Under the pieces are notes generated by a model. The model was given only the letters and a program-made list of their open reading frames with translations, ran no database searches and was not told the origin of the DNA. Below are positions 30,931-42,300 of a DNA stretch of 64,000 bases, in pieces. How positions within the stretch are numbered: the first letter of the stretch is position 1; each line of letters starts with the position of its first letter. Source of the DNA: a virus; IMG/VR virus record IMGVR_UViG_3300017917_000529, positions 4,790 to 68,789 of that record. The stretch is one strand, 5' to 3'. The translations under genes and the position numbers were made by a program.

Positions 30931-30958
30931 AAGAAAAGCCCATCTTGTGAGATGGGCT
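30931..30958 (-). terminator. intrinsic terminator after the major tail gene
   Basis: Stem AGCCCATCT/AGATGGGCT with a 4-nt loop, followed by a T-run on the minus strand. Confidence 0.8.
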
Positions 30959-30974
30959 AATCTAAAGTTGCTAA

Positions 30975-31613
30975 TTAAGCAATTGTACGGTCAACGATTT
31001 TTCCATACATACCATTGTCTAATGGTAGCATACGGAATGTTACGTCGAACATAGATGCTGCATCACGTTTTGCGGATGCTACAACGTTTTCGATTGAAAG
31101 AGCACGATATCCAATATAGATACGTTCTTTATCGATTGAAGGATCGCCAGTTCCTGGACCAACGGCTACTAAACCACGTTCTAGAGGAACGTCGCCCAAT
31201 TCACCTGAGTTGATATCAAAAACAGCACTGTTGTTTCCAATTCCTGTTCCAGTTAGTTCAGATAGATCATCTGTTTGTGCAGCAACTGCAACCAAAAGGT
31301 TTTCTAATGTTGCTTCTGCAAATGATGTTGCTAAAGAAACTTGCATGCCATCTTTGAAAAGACGAGCAACGTCAAGAACTTGATCAACTTGAACTTCACC
31401 GAAAGAAGGTTGGAATGTAAGTTCAATACCATTGCTGGTATAGCCTACGTTTGTAAAATCAGCATCATCAGCCAAAGTTTCTTTGTATGATGTTGTTGCT
31501 TCAAACGCTGGTAATCCGTTTCCAATTTCACCTGATAGTGCACCATCATTATATGTAAATAATGCTGCAGCACCAACTATGATGTTATTGGATGTTCCAC
31601 GAGAATATGCCAT
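30975..31613 (-). CDS. major tail (tube) protein
   Basis: NIIVGAA...VGYTSNGIEL...VDQ...AEATLENL siphovirus tube pattern; strong RBS (GGAGAGGTG). Confidence 0.8.
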   Translation of the reverse strand: MAYSRGTSNNIIVGAAALFTYNDGALSGEIGNGLPAFEATTSYKETLADDADFTNVGYTSNGIELTFQPSFGEVQVDQVLDVARLFKDGMQVSLATSFAEATLENLLVAVAAQTDDLSELTGTGIGNNSAVFDINSGELGDVPLERGLVAVGPGTGDPSIDKERIYIGYRALSIENVVASAKRDAASMFDVTFRMLPLDNGMYGKIVDRTIA

Positions 31614-31690
31614 TTATTTCACCTCTCCTTGTAGGGGTCTATTAAATTGTAAAGCGTTGTTTCCTCAAGTTCAAGTATAGCACCATTTTA

Positions 31691-32200
31691 TTATCTGGCT
31701 GGGTTATGCCAATCATACTCTATTATTAACTTGTTACCAGCATATGTTCTGGCTGTTCCAAAGTCTATAATGTCTCTAGTTTCTTGTAGTTGATATACCT
31801 TAAAACTATGAAAATACAAAGGTAATGAACTATCTGACCATAATGCAGTATTGGCCCTGGCCCACTTATTAACATCTTCTCCAGACTCATCTAACTGATT
31901 AAGTTTATCATGTACCTTTTGTGAAAGTTCTATAACGGCTGTTCCACTATTGTTAAAATCATAAAAATAATATAGTAATTGTTCACAATATATATGAGGA
32001 AATGATTTTTTATTCATCCTAAACATTCTGTCATATACAGCAAACTTTCCATCTGCTTGTGGAAATGTTTCTGTAAGTGCATCAATACTAGTCGTATTAG
32101 TTGTTGGAAAAAAAGGTATGCTAAGATCAAAATCAGCATTTATTACATTTGACATGTATGCATTTATTATTGCTGGTGGAAAGTGTATCGTAGCAGGCAT
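31691..32200 (-). CDS. putative tail terminator
   Basis: Position immediately before the tail tube gene. Confidence 0.5.
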   Translation of the reverse strand: MPATIHFPPAIINAYMSNVINADFDLSIPFFPTTNTTSIDALTETFPQADGKFAVYDRMFRMNKKSFPHIYCEQLLYYFYDFNNSGTAVIELSQKVHDKLNQLDESGEDVNKWARANTALWSDSSLPLYFHSFKVYQLQETRDIIDFGTARTYAGNKLIIEYDWHNPAR

Positions 32201-32868
32201 TATGCAATCACCGCATTAGCAATCCATTTAAATCCAGTAGATTTTCCTACTGGTCTTCCACCACGTTTTCCAGATTTCATATTAGTTTTAAATACTTTTG
32301 GATATTTAATATAGTCATATAATCCAGATGTTTTTATAAAAGATTGTTTAAAATATTGTGTCATAAAAATATCAAACACTTCTTCAAATGCACCTTGCAC
32401 TTCGTCTCCTCCTGGATTATAAACTTTAACAGGGTTTCTTGTAAAAACAGTTTCTCCTCCATCTTCAAAAACCAAGACAGGAGATTTTTTAGGTCTTATT
32501 GTTAAAGGTTTTCCTTTTTCCATTATAGTTGCTTTGTTATAAAATGGAGTATTTGATCCTTCTTTTATTGATTGTGATTGTGTAAAACTTGTGTAAAATG
32601 TTAAACCAACGCCACTAACTGTAAAATCTATATCGAATAATCTAGCATTTGAAGATCCTACTTGATACCATTCATAAATATGATGCAACATTTGAGGATC
32701 TGTTCTTGCATATGAATCAATAAATTCTTTTAATCTTTCTACAACTGCTTTACCCATATTATTTAAAAATATTTTTTTGCCACTTTCCACTCCTTCTAAA
32801 AAACCAAAAGAGTATTCCATAATATTTTTCATATCTTTTTTAAATTGTCTACTATCTAAAGTTATCAT
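32200..32868 (-). CDS. putative neck/tail completion protein
   Basis: Position in the head-tail joining block. Confidence 0.5.
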   Translation of the reverse strand: MITLDSRQFKKDMKNIMEYSFGFLEGVESGKKIFLNNMGKAVVERLKEFIDSYARTDPQMLHHIYEWYQVGSSNARLFDIDFTVSGVGLTFYTSFTQSQSIKEGSNTPFYNKATIMEKGKPLTIRPKKSPVLVFEDGGETVFTRNPVKVYNPGGDEVQGAFEEVFDIFMTQYFKQSFIKTSGLYDYIKYPKVFKTNMKSGKRGGRPVGKSTGFKWIANAVIA

Positions 32869-33314
32869 ATATCAGTTCCTTGGTTATCTGATCTTTTTAA
32901 TATAACTCTATAATATTCTGTTTTTCCAAATAAACCAGAAAATGGACTCAATGTTACTATTTCAAACAATGTAGATTTTCCTGCACGTACTCCACCTGTT
33001 TCTACATAAATGGGATTTCCTTCTCCATCTAATATATTTGTTATAAGTAAATTAGTTAATGCAATGCCGCTATTCATATCATCAAATCTTATATCTGTTG
33101 GAACCCTACCTGATAAAATTTTGTCAACTATAACTGCCACACTTCCAGTTTGTTGTTCTTCTTTGTTTTTAATTCCTCCTGCTGCAAAATAGCATGGAGT
33201 ATTTTTATATAAAGACCATTGTTTTTTTATTGCTCCGTATTGACCTTGTTCTACACTAGAATAAAAAACATCTGCTGTCATTGGAAAGGCAAAGTCTGTA
33301 GATTCGCATATCAT
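32865..33314 (-). CDS. putative head closure protein
   Basis: Position; QGQYGAIKKQW motif; ATGA coupling. Confidence 0.5.
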   Translation of the reverse strand: MICESTDFAFPMTADVFYSSVEQGQYGAIKKQWSLYKNTPCYFAAGGIKNKEEQQTGSVAVIVDKILSGRVPTDIRFDDMNSGIALTNLLITNILDGEGNPIYVETGGVRAGKSTLFEIVTLSPFSGLFGKTEYYRVILKRSDNQGTDI

Positions 33315-34225
33315 AATATCCCCAGGCGAGTTATGTTTTTAACATATTTAGATAGAATCTGATCTACGATTATATTACCTGTTCCTTCAAACAACTTCTT
33401 AGCATTAAATTTTACTTGATATTGATCAGTTCTATATTCCTCAACATATCTTTTATATTGGTCTAATTTTCCACATTTAATATCGTGCATCAACATTTCT
33501 GTTGCTTTTTGAATATCAGCAGGTACTGTTTTATAACCTGCATCTAAAACCAATGTATAGTCATATCCTCTTGGAAATGAAACACTATCCCATCCATAAA
33601 AACCTAAATCTCCATATGATTTTGGAAGACTTGGAATACCCTGTTCTATTCTATTCCAAGCATCTGTTGAATTTGGTATAAACTCTTGTACAGCAGAGTT
33701 ATCTAAAGTTAATTTAAAATATCTATCGTTTTCTTCTTCTTCAACATCAAAAACCAAAACATCATTTTCGTAAACTCTTAAAATTCTATAGGCATTGTGC
33801 CATATTGGTATGTAATCTAAACCATCTCCAACTGTTTGATAAATAACTTTTTGGTTATAAAAACCATCTGTAATAAAAGAATCAATTATAGATCTTGCAA
33901 TTAATTCGTTATTTGTTGCTTCTTGAATTTCTGATGCTGTTGTTCCAAGTTTATTTGGGTCTGTATATGGTCTTACAATATCAAGGTTATCTTCAACATT
34001 GACATGGCCATCTGAATCTAAAATTCTTAAATCGTAATGTCTATCATATTCTAACTTATCCAATGGTAATACATAGGTTAGTTGTGAATTTTCATCAGAA
34101 GTAATGTCTAACTCATCAACAAAGTGTTCCACCAAGTCCTCTAATCTAAGAGTATAAATATCTCCGCTTGTAGGGACATCAAACTTTAGTGTTATTGGGT
34201 ATGGTGGAACTCTTAATGCTTCCAT
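33311..34225 (-). CDS. head-tail adaptor
   Basis: ARSIIDSF...GYKTVPADIQKAT...VDQILSKY resembles gp6/gp15-type adaptors. Confidence 0.65.
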   Translation of the reverse strand: MEALRVPPYPITLKFDVPTSGDIYTLRLEDLVEHFVDELDITSDENSQLTYVLPLDKLEYDRHYDLRILDSDGHVNVEDNLDIVRPYTDPNKLGTTASEIQEATNNELIARSIIDSFITDGFYNQKVIYQTVGDGLDYIPIWHNAYRILRVYENDVLVFDVEEEENDRYFKLTLDNSAVQEFIPNSTDAWNRIEQGIPSLPKSYGDLGFYGWDSVSFPRGYDYTLVLDAGYKTVPADIQKATEMLMHDIKCGKLDQYKRYVEEYRTDQYQVKFNAKKLFEGTGNIIVDQILSKYVKNITRLGIL

Positions 34226-34228
34226 TTT

Positions 34229-34663
34229 TTATAAGCCGTATTCCTTTGCTACATCTTCAGGTTCTAACAATGTAATATGATCACGAGTTTTCCATTGTTC
34301 TGCTTGTTCAGGTGTAACATAATTTATACCAATTTTTACTTGACCTACACCAGCCCAAGAAACATTTTTAGTAGATTTTACTGCCACCTTAACTGAATCT
34401 TTTTTAGGTGTTTCAACTTTTTTAGGTTTCTTAGGTTTTGGTACTGATACTGCACCAATAGCACCATTTGACAAAGGAGCAAGTGCTTGAACAATTTCCT
34501 CTGCTTTTTCTTCTGGAATTACTGGTTCATCGTTAGCAATTAATGCTGGCTCTAAAACTTCTTCTTTAGGTACTTCAACTTCTTCAACAACTGCTTCTTG
34601 AATTTTATTTTCTTCAACTGTTTCAGAAACTTGAGGTTCTAAATTATTTTCTAATTCTGACAT
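34229..34663 (-). CDS. hypothetical Glu/Pro/Lys-rich protein
   Basis: Has its own promoter and RBS (AAGGAGGA); low-complexity N-terminus. Confidence 0.6.
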   Translation of the reverse strand: MSELENNLEPQVSETVEENKIQEAVVEEVEVPKEEVLEPALIANDEPVIPEEKAEEIVQALAPLSNGAIGAVSVPKPKKPKKVETPKKDSVKVAVKSTKNVSWAGVGQVKIGINYVTPEQAEQWKTRDHITLLEPEDVAKEYGL

Positions 34664-34700
34664 ATGTCCTCCTTGTAGTATTATATCATTTTATTAAATA

Positions 34701-34736
34701 TTAAAGGGAGTAAGAAATTAATCCTACTCCCCTTAA
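34701..34736 (-). terminator. hairpin terminator after the major capsid gene
   Basis: Inverted repeat TTAAGGGGAGTA...TACTCCCCTTAA. Confidence 0.75.
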
Positions 34737-34751
34737 ATTATGGTTTACAGA

Positions 34752-35897
34752 TTAGGAATCTGATGCTGCGTCTGCGTATGCGACTGCGTCTAATTCTTCC
34801 CATTGAATACCAAAACGAACGAATACTGTATATTCTACAGTGTCTTTCTTTGGTTTGTATTCACGGTTAACTGTAATATCTCTTTGGAAGCCCCATACAC
34901 GGTTTTGAGGGAATGTCAAATCGACATAACCTGCTGGGTAGTAAGGAACTTCTTGTACGTCAACACCAAGAACACGAGTTGTACGTGCTCCACCGAATGT
35001 TTGACCATTTCCATCAAGGTATGCTTGACGGTTTGCTGATGTACCACCTGCACGGTATGCAAATGCTTCTGCTACTGCGTCTGCAAGTGTACCATTGTGC
35101 TTAACAATTCCTTGGAATACGTCTGTACCTGCGTAGAACTTAAGATTGTTCTTAAGTGCACGGTATTTACGTGGCATTGCCAAGATAATGTTTTGTAATA
35201 CTTCAGGTGTCCAACGGTTATCAGATACTGTAACAACTGATTCGTGTGCTCCAGAACCTGATGCTTTTGCACGGTTGATAAAACCGTTCATGATGGACAA
35301 GAATGAACCTGTTGATCCATCACCGTTAATTGCTAGGTCTTCGATATCATTACCGAAAGCATTAGTCATCAATCTTACGATGTGATCTTCCAATGCTGCA
35401 CCTTCAATATTGTCTTCAAGTGCTTCAGATGAAACTTCCCAATCTAAGCGAATTTTCTTTGTAGTTAATTCAACTTTTGAGAATGTTGCACCAGCGTTTG
35501 TGTAATCGCCAATACCTTGTGCGGCTGCACGAATTACACGTTCACCTACGTTAACTTTTTCAAGTTCCATGGTGTTTGCTCTCATGGTAACTCTACGACC
35601 ATCTTGAGCCAATACAGTTGCATCCCACACGTAGTCAATAAAACGACGTGCTTGTTCAGGACGTAGAATACCGCTTCCTGCATCACCTGAAGGGTTAACT
35701 GCGTTTGGACCAGTAGTTACTCCTGCTAATGCATCAGGGATGTTGTTTAGAACACCACCAGTTGCATAGTTACCAGGAACGTTTGCTGCTGTGTCTGAAC
35801 CAGATGCAAATGCACCTTGTGCTTGATACAAACCTGGTGCGTCTCCACCAATGTTATCTCCGTCACCTGGTTGATTTTTTATAATTTCTTCCGACAT
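34752..35897 (-). CDS. major capsid protein (HK97 fold)
   Basis: GILRPEQARRFIDY, ELTTKKIRLDWEVSSEALEDNIEG, DIEDLAINGD; GGAGGTG RBS before ATG 35897. Confidence 0.9.
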   Translation of the reverse strand: MSEEIIKNQPGDGDNIGGDAPGLYQAQGAFASGSDTAANVPGNYATGGVLNNIPDALAGVTTGPNAVNPSGDAGSGILRPEQARRFIDYVWDATVLAQDGRRVTMRANTMELEKVNVGERVIRAAAQGIGDYTNAGATFSKVELTTKKIRLDWEVSSEALEDNIEGAALEDHIVRLMTNAFGNDIEDLAINGDGSTGSFLSIMNGFINRAKASGSGAHESVVTVSDNRWTPEVLQNIILAMPRKYRALKNNLKFYAGTDVFQGIVKHNGTLADAVAEAFAYRAGGTSANRQAYLDGNGQTFGGARTTRVLGVDVQEVPYYPAGYVDLTFPQNRVWGFQRDITVNREYKPKKDTVEYTVFVRFGIQWEELDAVAYADAASDS

Positions 35898-35916
35898 ATA
35901 TTTCACCTCCGAGTGA

Positions 35917-37236
35917 TTATCTGAATAGATCGGCTGTTTTGAGGAAACGTCCGCCCCATAGGGATTTTTCAACCATTGCTGGTTGTAACTGTACGACCTC
36001 ACCGAGATCGCCAGACTTACGAAAAGCGGTATCAGATTCTACTGATTCCATACGCTTTCCAAATTCATTAACTGCACCATTTGTTTCCACTAGTGCATTT
36101 TGTGTTTGGGTAACTTGATTATTTAAACTTCCAAGTTCCTTTTTTAAATCTGCAACTTCTGTTTGTAAAGATTTTACAGTTGCAATTAGATCGCTAAAGG
36201 CTGATGTAAGAGTATTCTTAACTTCGGTTACTGCCTCAACAATAACTTCGTCTGACTTAGATACTTCTGCGACAACTTCTTCAGTAACTTCTGTTACTGA
36301 TTCAACTGCATCTGCTTTTTCAGCAACCACTGTTTCTTCAGCAACTTCTGCTGTTTCAACAACGTCTGCTTTTTCAGCAGGAGCATCAACTGTGGCATCT
36401 GCCTCTGGAGCAACCTCAACATTTTCAACTGCAATGTCAGTTTTTTCAATTTCTTCTGACACTACTTGTGTTGTTTCTGTCATAGGACTTACCTCCTTGG
36501 TAATCTTAGAAGTATTAATGCCTTTAGCACTATCAACTAAGAACTTTATCATGTTTGTTTTTTCATCATCCGTTTTTTCAACGAATCCTATATTTTTCAT
36601 TTCAGTTCCAGTTACAGGACTGATTTCTTTTTCATTTTCTGAAACCATAACAATTCCTGTTTCTGAATCCCAAAAAACATTTTCTAAAACTGTATTATCT
36701 CCTTTAATAACTGCAACACCATCAACCTTTTCGACTGATACAATATTTGCAAATTGATTTGCAGGAGAATCTACTAAACTTAATTCTACCAGATCGTAAT
36801 CTTTGATTACTCTTATTTGAGAATTTAACTTTTCATCAAATGCGTCATCCCACTTATTCATTTTTCCACCAATAGAAAAACCAGTAAGTGTTCCGTCCAA
36901 AACCTTTTCCCATGTGCTTTGAGCACCTTTAGATACATATGCTGAAACAAAAATTCCATTATAAAACTTTTTACTTGATGGATCAAAATACTTATCTTGT
37001 TTGAATGAAACCATTTTGCCTACTGCAACTGGTTGATGCATTTCTCTTATGTTTCCTCTGAAACCTTCAAATGCTTTTAAACTTGCCTCTGTAGTAACTA
37101 TGTCCATCTGTCGATCTATATTATCAAGAGATGCAAAACCAGAGACTATACGTCTCTCTTTATCAACTTTGCTAAATGGCATAGAAAGGCGAACACTGTC
37201 GCCCTCTGTATTCCAATGGGCTTTTAATATAGTCAT
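35917..37236 (-). CDS. prohead protease fused to an acidic/coiled-coil scaffold
   Basis: IREMH, TGFSIGG, ELSLVDSPAN (HK97-type protease); Glu/Ala/Val-rich C-terminal half. Confidence 0.88.
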   Translation of the reverse strand: MTILKAHWNTEGDSVRLSMPFSKVDKERRIVSGFASLDNIDRQMDIVTTEASLKAFEGFRGNIREMHQPVAVGKMVSFKQDKYFDPSSKKFYNGIFVSAYVSKGAQSTWEKVLDGTLTGFSIGGKMNKWDDAFDEKLNSQIRVIKDYDLVELSLVDSPANQFANIVSVEKVDGVAVIKGDNTVLENVFWDSETGIVMVSENEKEISPVTGTEMKNIGFVEKTDDEKTNMIKFLVDSAKGINTSKITKEVSPMTETTQVVSEEIEKTDIAVENVEVAPEADATVDAPAEKADVVETAEVAEETVVAEKADAVESVTEVTEEVVAEVSKSDEVIVEAVTEVKNTLTSAFSDLIATVKSLQTEVADLKKELGSLNNQVTQTQNALVETNGAVNEFGKRMESVESDTAFRKSGDLGEVVQLQPAMVEKSLWGGRFLKTADLFR

Positions 37237-37260
37237 CGTACTATATATTATAGAGCCTTT

Positions 37261-37291
37261 TTATACACATGTTATCAACAAGTTATAAACA
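37261..37291 (+). promoter_or_regulatory. three DnaA-box-like 9-mers at 11-bp spacing
   Basis: TTATACACA (37261), TTATCAACA (37272), TTATAAACA (37283). Confidence 0.55.
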
Positions 37292-37293
37292 AG

Positions 37294-38889
37294 TTATTGT
37301 GTAGATCTGCCTTCACCTTTTGGATTTCTACCGCTTATAGTTGCTGAACCGTCTGATTGATTATTTAATCTTTCACCGTCTCTAGCACGGTCTGCTGGAT
37401 TGTTCATCTGCTCAGGCTTGGCAGTAAATGGCTCATCTCCCCCATCTCTTTGTGGTAGTCCAAGAACAACTCTTGCTTCGTTAGGAACCATGATTTGTGT
37501 CTTTACGTATCTTTCTAAAATTTGAGATTGGGCTATTTCGTCAGTTAGTGTAAGTTCATTAAACTTAAATTCTAATATATCTTGTTTTTCACGTATAATC
37601 TTATTAATTTGTTTCTCTAATTGTGCTTGTGCTGGTCTTGCTACCTGCTCTTTAAAGGTGCGATCTTGAGCAATTGCTGCTGCGATAGCGGCAGAATCAG
37701 AACCACCAAGTTTTGATAATGGAACTTGATGGGCAACCAAGATATCATCTCTATTTTGTTTTCTATATTCTTTAAATGATCCTTCTTGTACACCAGACTC
37801 AATTGGTTCCATCTTAAACTCTACTTTATTGTTTTCAGAATCCCCTGGAAGCGGTATATATAGAGTTCTGTGATTTTGTCCTTTTAGTCCAGTTTGTAAA
37901 AATCTAAATAACTTGTCTTCAGCATCTGCTGATAATTTAGCACCCTTCATGGTAACAACATATCTAGGAACAGCCTTATTTCCAAAATAATCAATATTGT
38001 ATTGAGATGCTAATTGATCACCATGTAAAGAAGAAATAGCAGAAATAATATCTGGAACCCCATAAAATGTATTTAGTGGTGAGTATTGCTTAAAATGAAT
38101 AATTTCATTTGGTCTTGGATCTGCTGTTACTGGATTTGGATTTTTAGCACCAAAGTTTCTAAAGTATACAACTTTTTGTCCAATTACTTGAACGTATCCA
38201 TCTCTTAATCTTCTAACTCTCATTGTTGTGGCTGGAATATGTCCAACATATCCAATCTCTCCACGAGTAGTTCTTCCAATTTCTAAAAATCCATTACCAA
38301 TTGCCTGTACATCTGTATAAACCTTTTCCATTGTAGTTGTAAAAGAATCATCTTGGTTTAAACTTTCTAACCAATCACGTAATTCAATCTTTGCTCTTTC
38401 AATTCTATTTCTTGCACGACTAAGGGCTGTGTCATCAGAGACACCTTCAAGTTTAAGCATTGTTCTTTTTGATATTTCAAAATCATATCCCAAACCAACA
38501 ATATTTTCTACCTTTGCATCAATTGCAGCGTGATTTGCAAATGAGGTATCATAATAATTTGCTAACTCATATACATTCCAAGGTGGAGTAATTACATCAA
38601 ATAGACCATATCCATTTCTAAACACATTACCTGGATTTATTTGTGTTGAGGATACTCCATCTCTTCCTTGTGGTACCTGAAGTGATCTATCCACATATGA
38701 TTGTTGGGTTGTGTCTACTAATGCCTTTGACATCCTAGAAGCACGTCTTTTAAAATTGTTATCTAAACCACTATAATTTTTTAATTCATCCCAATTTTTA
38801 TTAAATGGATCTGAATTGGCAAACATGTTATTTTCAGAATTTGAATCATCAATTCTTGCACCAATAATATAACTAAGTTCGTCACTCAT
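37294..38889 (-). CDS. portal protein
   Basis: GNGFLEIGR, EIIHFK...YGVPD, RDDILVAHQVP, PNEARVVLGLP. Confidence 0.92.
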   Translation of the reverse strand: MSDELSYIIGARIDDSNSENNMFANSDPFNKNWDELKNYSGLDNNFKRRASRMSKALVDTTQQSYVDRSLQVPQGRDGVSSTQINPGNVFRNGYGLFDVITPPWNVYELANYYDTSFANHAAIDAKVENIVGLGYDFEISKRTMLKLEGVSDDTALSRARNRIERAKIELRDWLESLNQDDSFTTTMEKVYTDVQAIGNGFLEIGRTTRGEIGYVGHIPATTMRVRRLRDGYVQVIGQKVVYFRNFGAKNPNPVTADPRPNEIIHFKQYSPLNTFYGVPDIISAISSLHGDQLASQYNIDYFGNKAVPRYVVTMKGAKLSADAEDKLFRFLQTGLKGQNHRTLYIPLPGDSENNKVEFKMEPIESGVQEGSFKEYRKQNRDDILVAHQVPLSKLGGSDSAAIAAAIAQDRTFKEQVARPAQAQLEKQINKIIREKQDILEFKFNELTLTDEIAQSQILERYVKTQIMVPNEARVVLGLPQRDGGDEPFTAKPEQMNNPADRARDGERLNNQSDGSATISGRNPKGEGRSTQ

Positions 38890-39287
38890 TATTCTTCATC
38901 ACCATACTTAGCAATTGTTGCTTTTGCGGCAGCAACTGCACCAAGATCATTGAGATTTGGAATTAATCCAGATTTCATTCTATCTAATTGCTCGCTATAT
39001 TCTTCATCTGTAACTCTTCCTATGCCTGGAAAAAACACTGGCTCTCCATCTGGTTCACCGTAGTATGCTGCTGCTCTTTTGATTTCTGCTAATGCTGCAA
39101 TATCTCCACGCATTGCTGGTATATTTAAAATATTATTATTTCCATCTGTAAACCATTTACCATTTGCCTTTTTCCATACATAAAGACCCCAATCATATTG
39201 TTTTTCTATAAAAGTTACTTTAGACTCTCCAATTTGACCTTTCATTTTTGGTAAATTACCTTTTTTATTGGGTTTTTGAATATTCAT
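38889..39287 (-). CDS. hypothetical protein
   Basis: Coupled to portal by TAATG; start 7 nt after TGGTATACT. Confidence 0.6.
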   Translation of the reverse strand: MNIQKPNKKGNLPKMKGQIGESKVTFIEKQYDWGLYVWKKANGKWFTDGNNNILNIPAMRGDIAALAEIKRAAAYYGEPDGEPVFFPGIGRVTDEEYSEQLDRMKSGLIPNLNDLGAVAAAKATIAKYGDEE

Positions 39288-39305
39288 AACCATTAGTATA
39301 CCATA

Positions 39306-42300
39306 TTATGTTGGAGTTGATATGTATTGTTTCCATGAAGAACCAACATATATTGGATTATCATTACTTTTAACCAATAATTGTCTTTCTCCATCATTTC
39401 CAACAACAATTTTATTGGTTCCCATATAAGTTTTATAAATATTTGCAGAAATATCTCCAAATTCTGAAGAAGATGTTTTAATTAATACCCCAAACCACAA
39501 GTATCCCTGATTCCAAAAATCCCAATCAAACTCAAATGGATCTTCTGATCCTAAAACGTATTGCTCTTTAACTTCATCCCAAATTCTAGTAATAGAAGAT
39601 TGTCTTTGTTGTAACCCAGTTAACTTATAATATGATATATTGTTATAAATTAAAGGACCATTTAGATTTATAGATCCAGTAAATGAATTAAATTGTAATG
39701 GGTTGGAAAAAGATATGTTTAAAAAATACCAATTTTTATTATCTATTACTGGATTAGCAACAAGGTTTCCATTTAAATAATATGAAATACCATTTTGCAA
39801 TTGACCAGTTTGTGAATCTATCGCATATATCTTTGCTCTTTGACCAAAATTTCCATTTGAAACTATGTAAAAATTTATACTTGAGTTTATTGAATTAATT
39901 TGAAAAATTTGAGTTGGTGTATACGTAAAATTAAAAGTATCATTTTTTATTGCAACTTGAATATTTGATATAGAAAAAACAGAATCCTTGTTTTCATTTA
40001 TTGGCATACTTATACCTCTGTTTTGATATACATTAAAATCACCTTTTAGTTTGATGCCAGAATATCTAGTTAAGTGTAGATATGGGTTAGATTTTTTATA
40101 AATACTTACAGGATTTTTTCCTTTATAGTCATTATAGATTCCATTTTTAATATATGGATATAATTTGGTTCCAGATTTAGTATTAATTGGGGTTGGACTG
40201 TCTTCATTTAATGATCTAGAAGATAGTTCTAAACTTTTGATTTTTATTTTTCTATTAATAGTAGACTTTGTTTTAAATTCTAAATAAATAGAAATAGCAA
40301 GATCTTCAAAGTTTACTGATGATGGTGGGTAAATAATTGTATCATTTTGAACTAAAAATATTGTATTTTGCCAGTCTGGATAATTTTCAAGATTTAGAAT
40401 ACCACTTTTTAACGCTGGAGCAATTGTTGTAAAAGATTCAAACTTCTTATTAATTCCAGTTTCAACAAACTGAAAATTTATATAAGATTTAACTAAAGAA
40501 TTTTCCGAATCATATTCATATGTTAAATCAGATCTATTGTATTGTAAATCATCATAATTATTATATCCAGTGAAAAGAGAATTGTCAAGATATTCGTATG
40601 TTTTCTGTATCGGAGTTGAAAATTTTTCATCTAACTGTCCATAAGTCCATCCACTAGAATCTTCTACAACTTTAAAAATAGATGGGGAAGGAAAATTAAT
40701 GTTATATTGAAGATAGTCTATTGAATACTTTTTCTTTCCAGATTGATCTGTTACATATTTTGCAAAATATTTTAATGGTACATAGTCTTCCCAATACCCA
40801 GAAGACCCTATATCTAAATAGTATTTGTTATATCTTATTGTTGGCTTTAGAGTATAACTTCCCAAATGACTTGATATGTGAGTGTGCATTGTGCTATTAT
40901 CTTTTAATATACCATTGCTATCAAAATGATTGTCAAATAGTTTATGATTATTTTTTGTTGAAAGACAAAAATCGTATAATTTTCCGTAAAAACATGAATT
41001 ATTTGTATCATTATTTAATAGTATAATCTTTAAAGAATTTTTACCACCAAAAAATGTTGCAACATCTTTTCCAAAATTGAGTACAAGTTTTTCAATATCT
41101 ATTCCAATCTCTAAATACTCATTTATAGAATATTCTGATTCATGCAAAATAGTTTCATTATTAGAAACTTTAATTTTATAAATTATGTGTCCTTCATCTG
41201 TAAGGTATATAGAAAAGTAATCTGAATTATTTTTATTTTTAATCATAATTAAAGTAGAGTTCACCAATTCACTTGTTTTAGCAATAATGTGAAATGATTT
41301 TATATCATCATTTAAAATATTAAAACTCTCAAATGAAAAAGATGAATTTTGATCTATAAAAGTTACAAATTTATTTTCTTCATTTTGCAAACTCTTTAAT
41401 TCTTCATACCAAGAATCTATATCATCAATATCTATATTTGGTAAAGAGTATTCTATATTTGAAATATAACTTTGATTTATATCCAAATTATCATATTTTC
41501 CTTGTTTCCATTTTCCAATATTTGGATATTCATAATTTGTTCCATAATTAGAAAAAGAGTAGTCTATAAATGCTGACTTTCCACTATATGATGAATCGAC
41601 TGATTCAAAAGATTTAACTGCTTGTCCATATACCCATCTTTTTTTTGCAGTTATTTCTGGAACAATGTATGGGTATATAGCAAAACAATCTATTTCAAAT
41701 GGATAAATATTTTCATAACAATAAAAACCTAACCAATCTTGATCTTTTTCTAAAACATCTAATTTAGATGGTAAAGAAATGCTACTATTATCTATACTTA
41801 TATCAATAACTTTTTCTCCATTTAAAAATAAAAACATTTTATTATTAGAATACGATATTTGTATCAGCATTGGTCGTGACCACTCTTCAACATATACTGA
41901 TTTAAAATTATTATCAACAACTAAAGTTAAAAAACAATCATCTGCGTATAAACCATCATTTGAAGATATTGGACCAAATATTTTTTTACTATCCAATGTA
42001 TCAACATTAAATCTCAACCACATTTCTACAGTATAAGTATTATATCTTCCAGACTCATTCAAAAATCCAAATCCTGGAAAAATAATTGATGGTTTAGAAG
42101 TTTCGTCTTCATTTATATTAGGAAATAATTTTGTTACATTTGATGCACCATAAACTAAAGGCACTCCAAAATTTTGTGCATAAATTTTATTATTTTTTAC
42201 TAAATAATATCCATAATTAGTGTCTGATCCATAAGATTTTGCTAAAATACCTTGTGAGTTTTCTATAGATATGTTTGATGGAATATCTACAATTTCTGAG

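Noticed and set aside
35898-36002. N-terminal extensions in the ORF track (capsid; also starts at 3365, 21800, 46435, 52688, 60254)
   Set aside because: They overlap upstream genes or promoters; downstream ATGs have an RBS, stop-start coupling or a promoter just upstream
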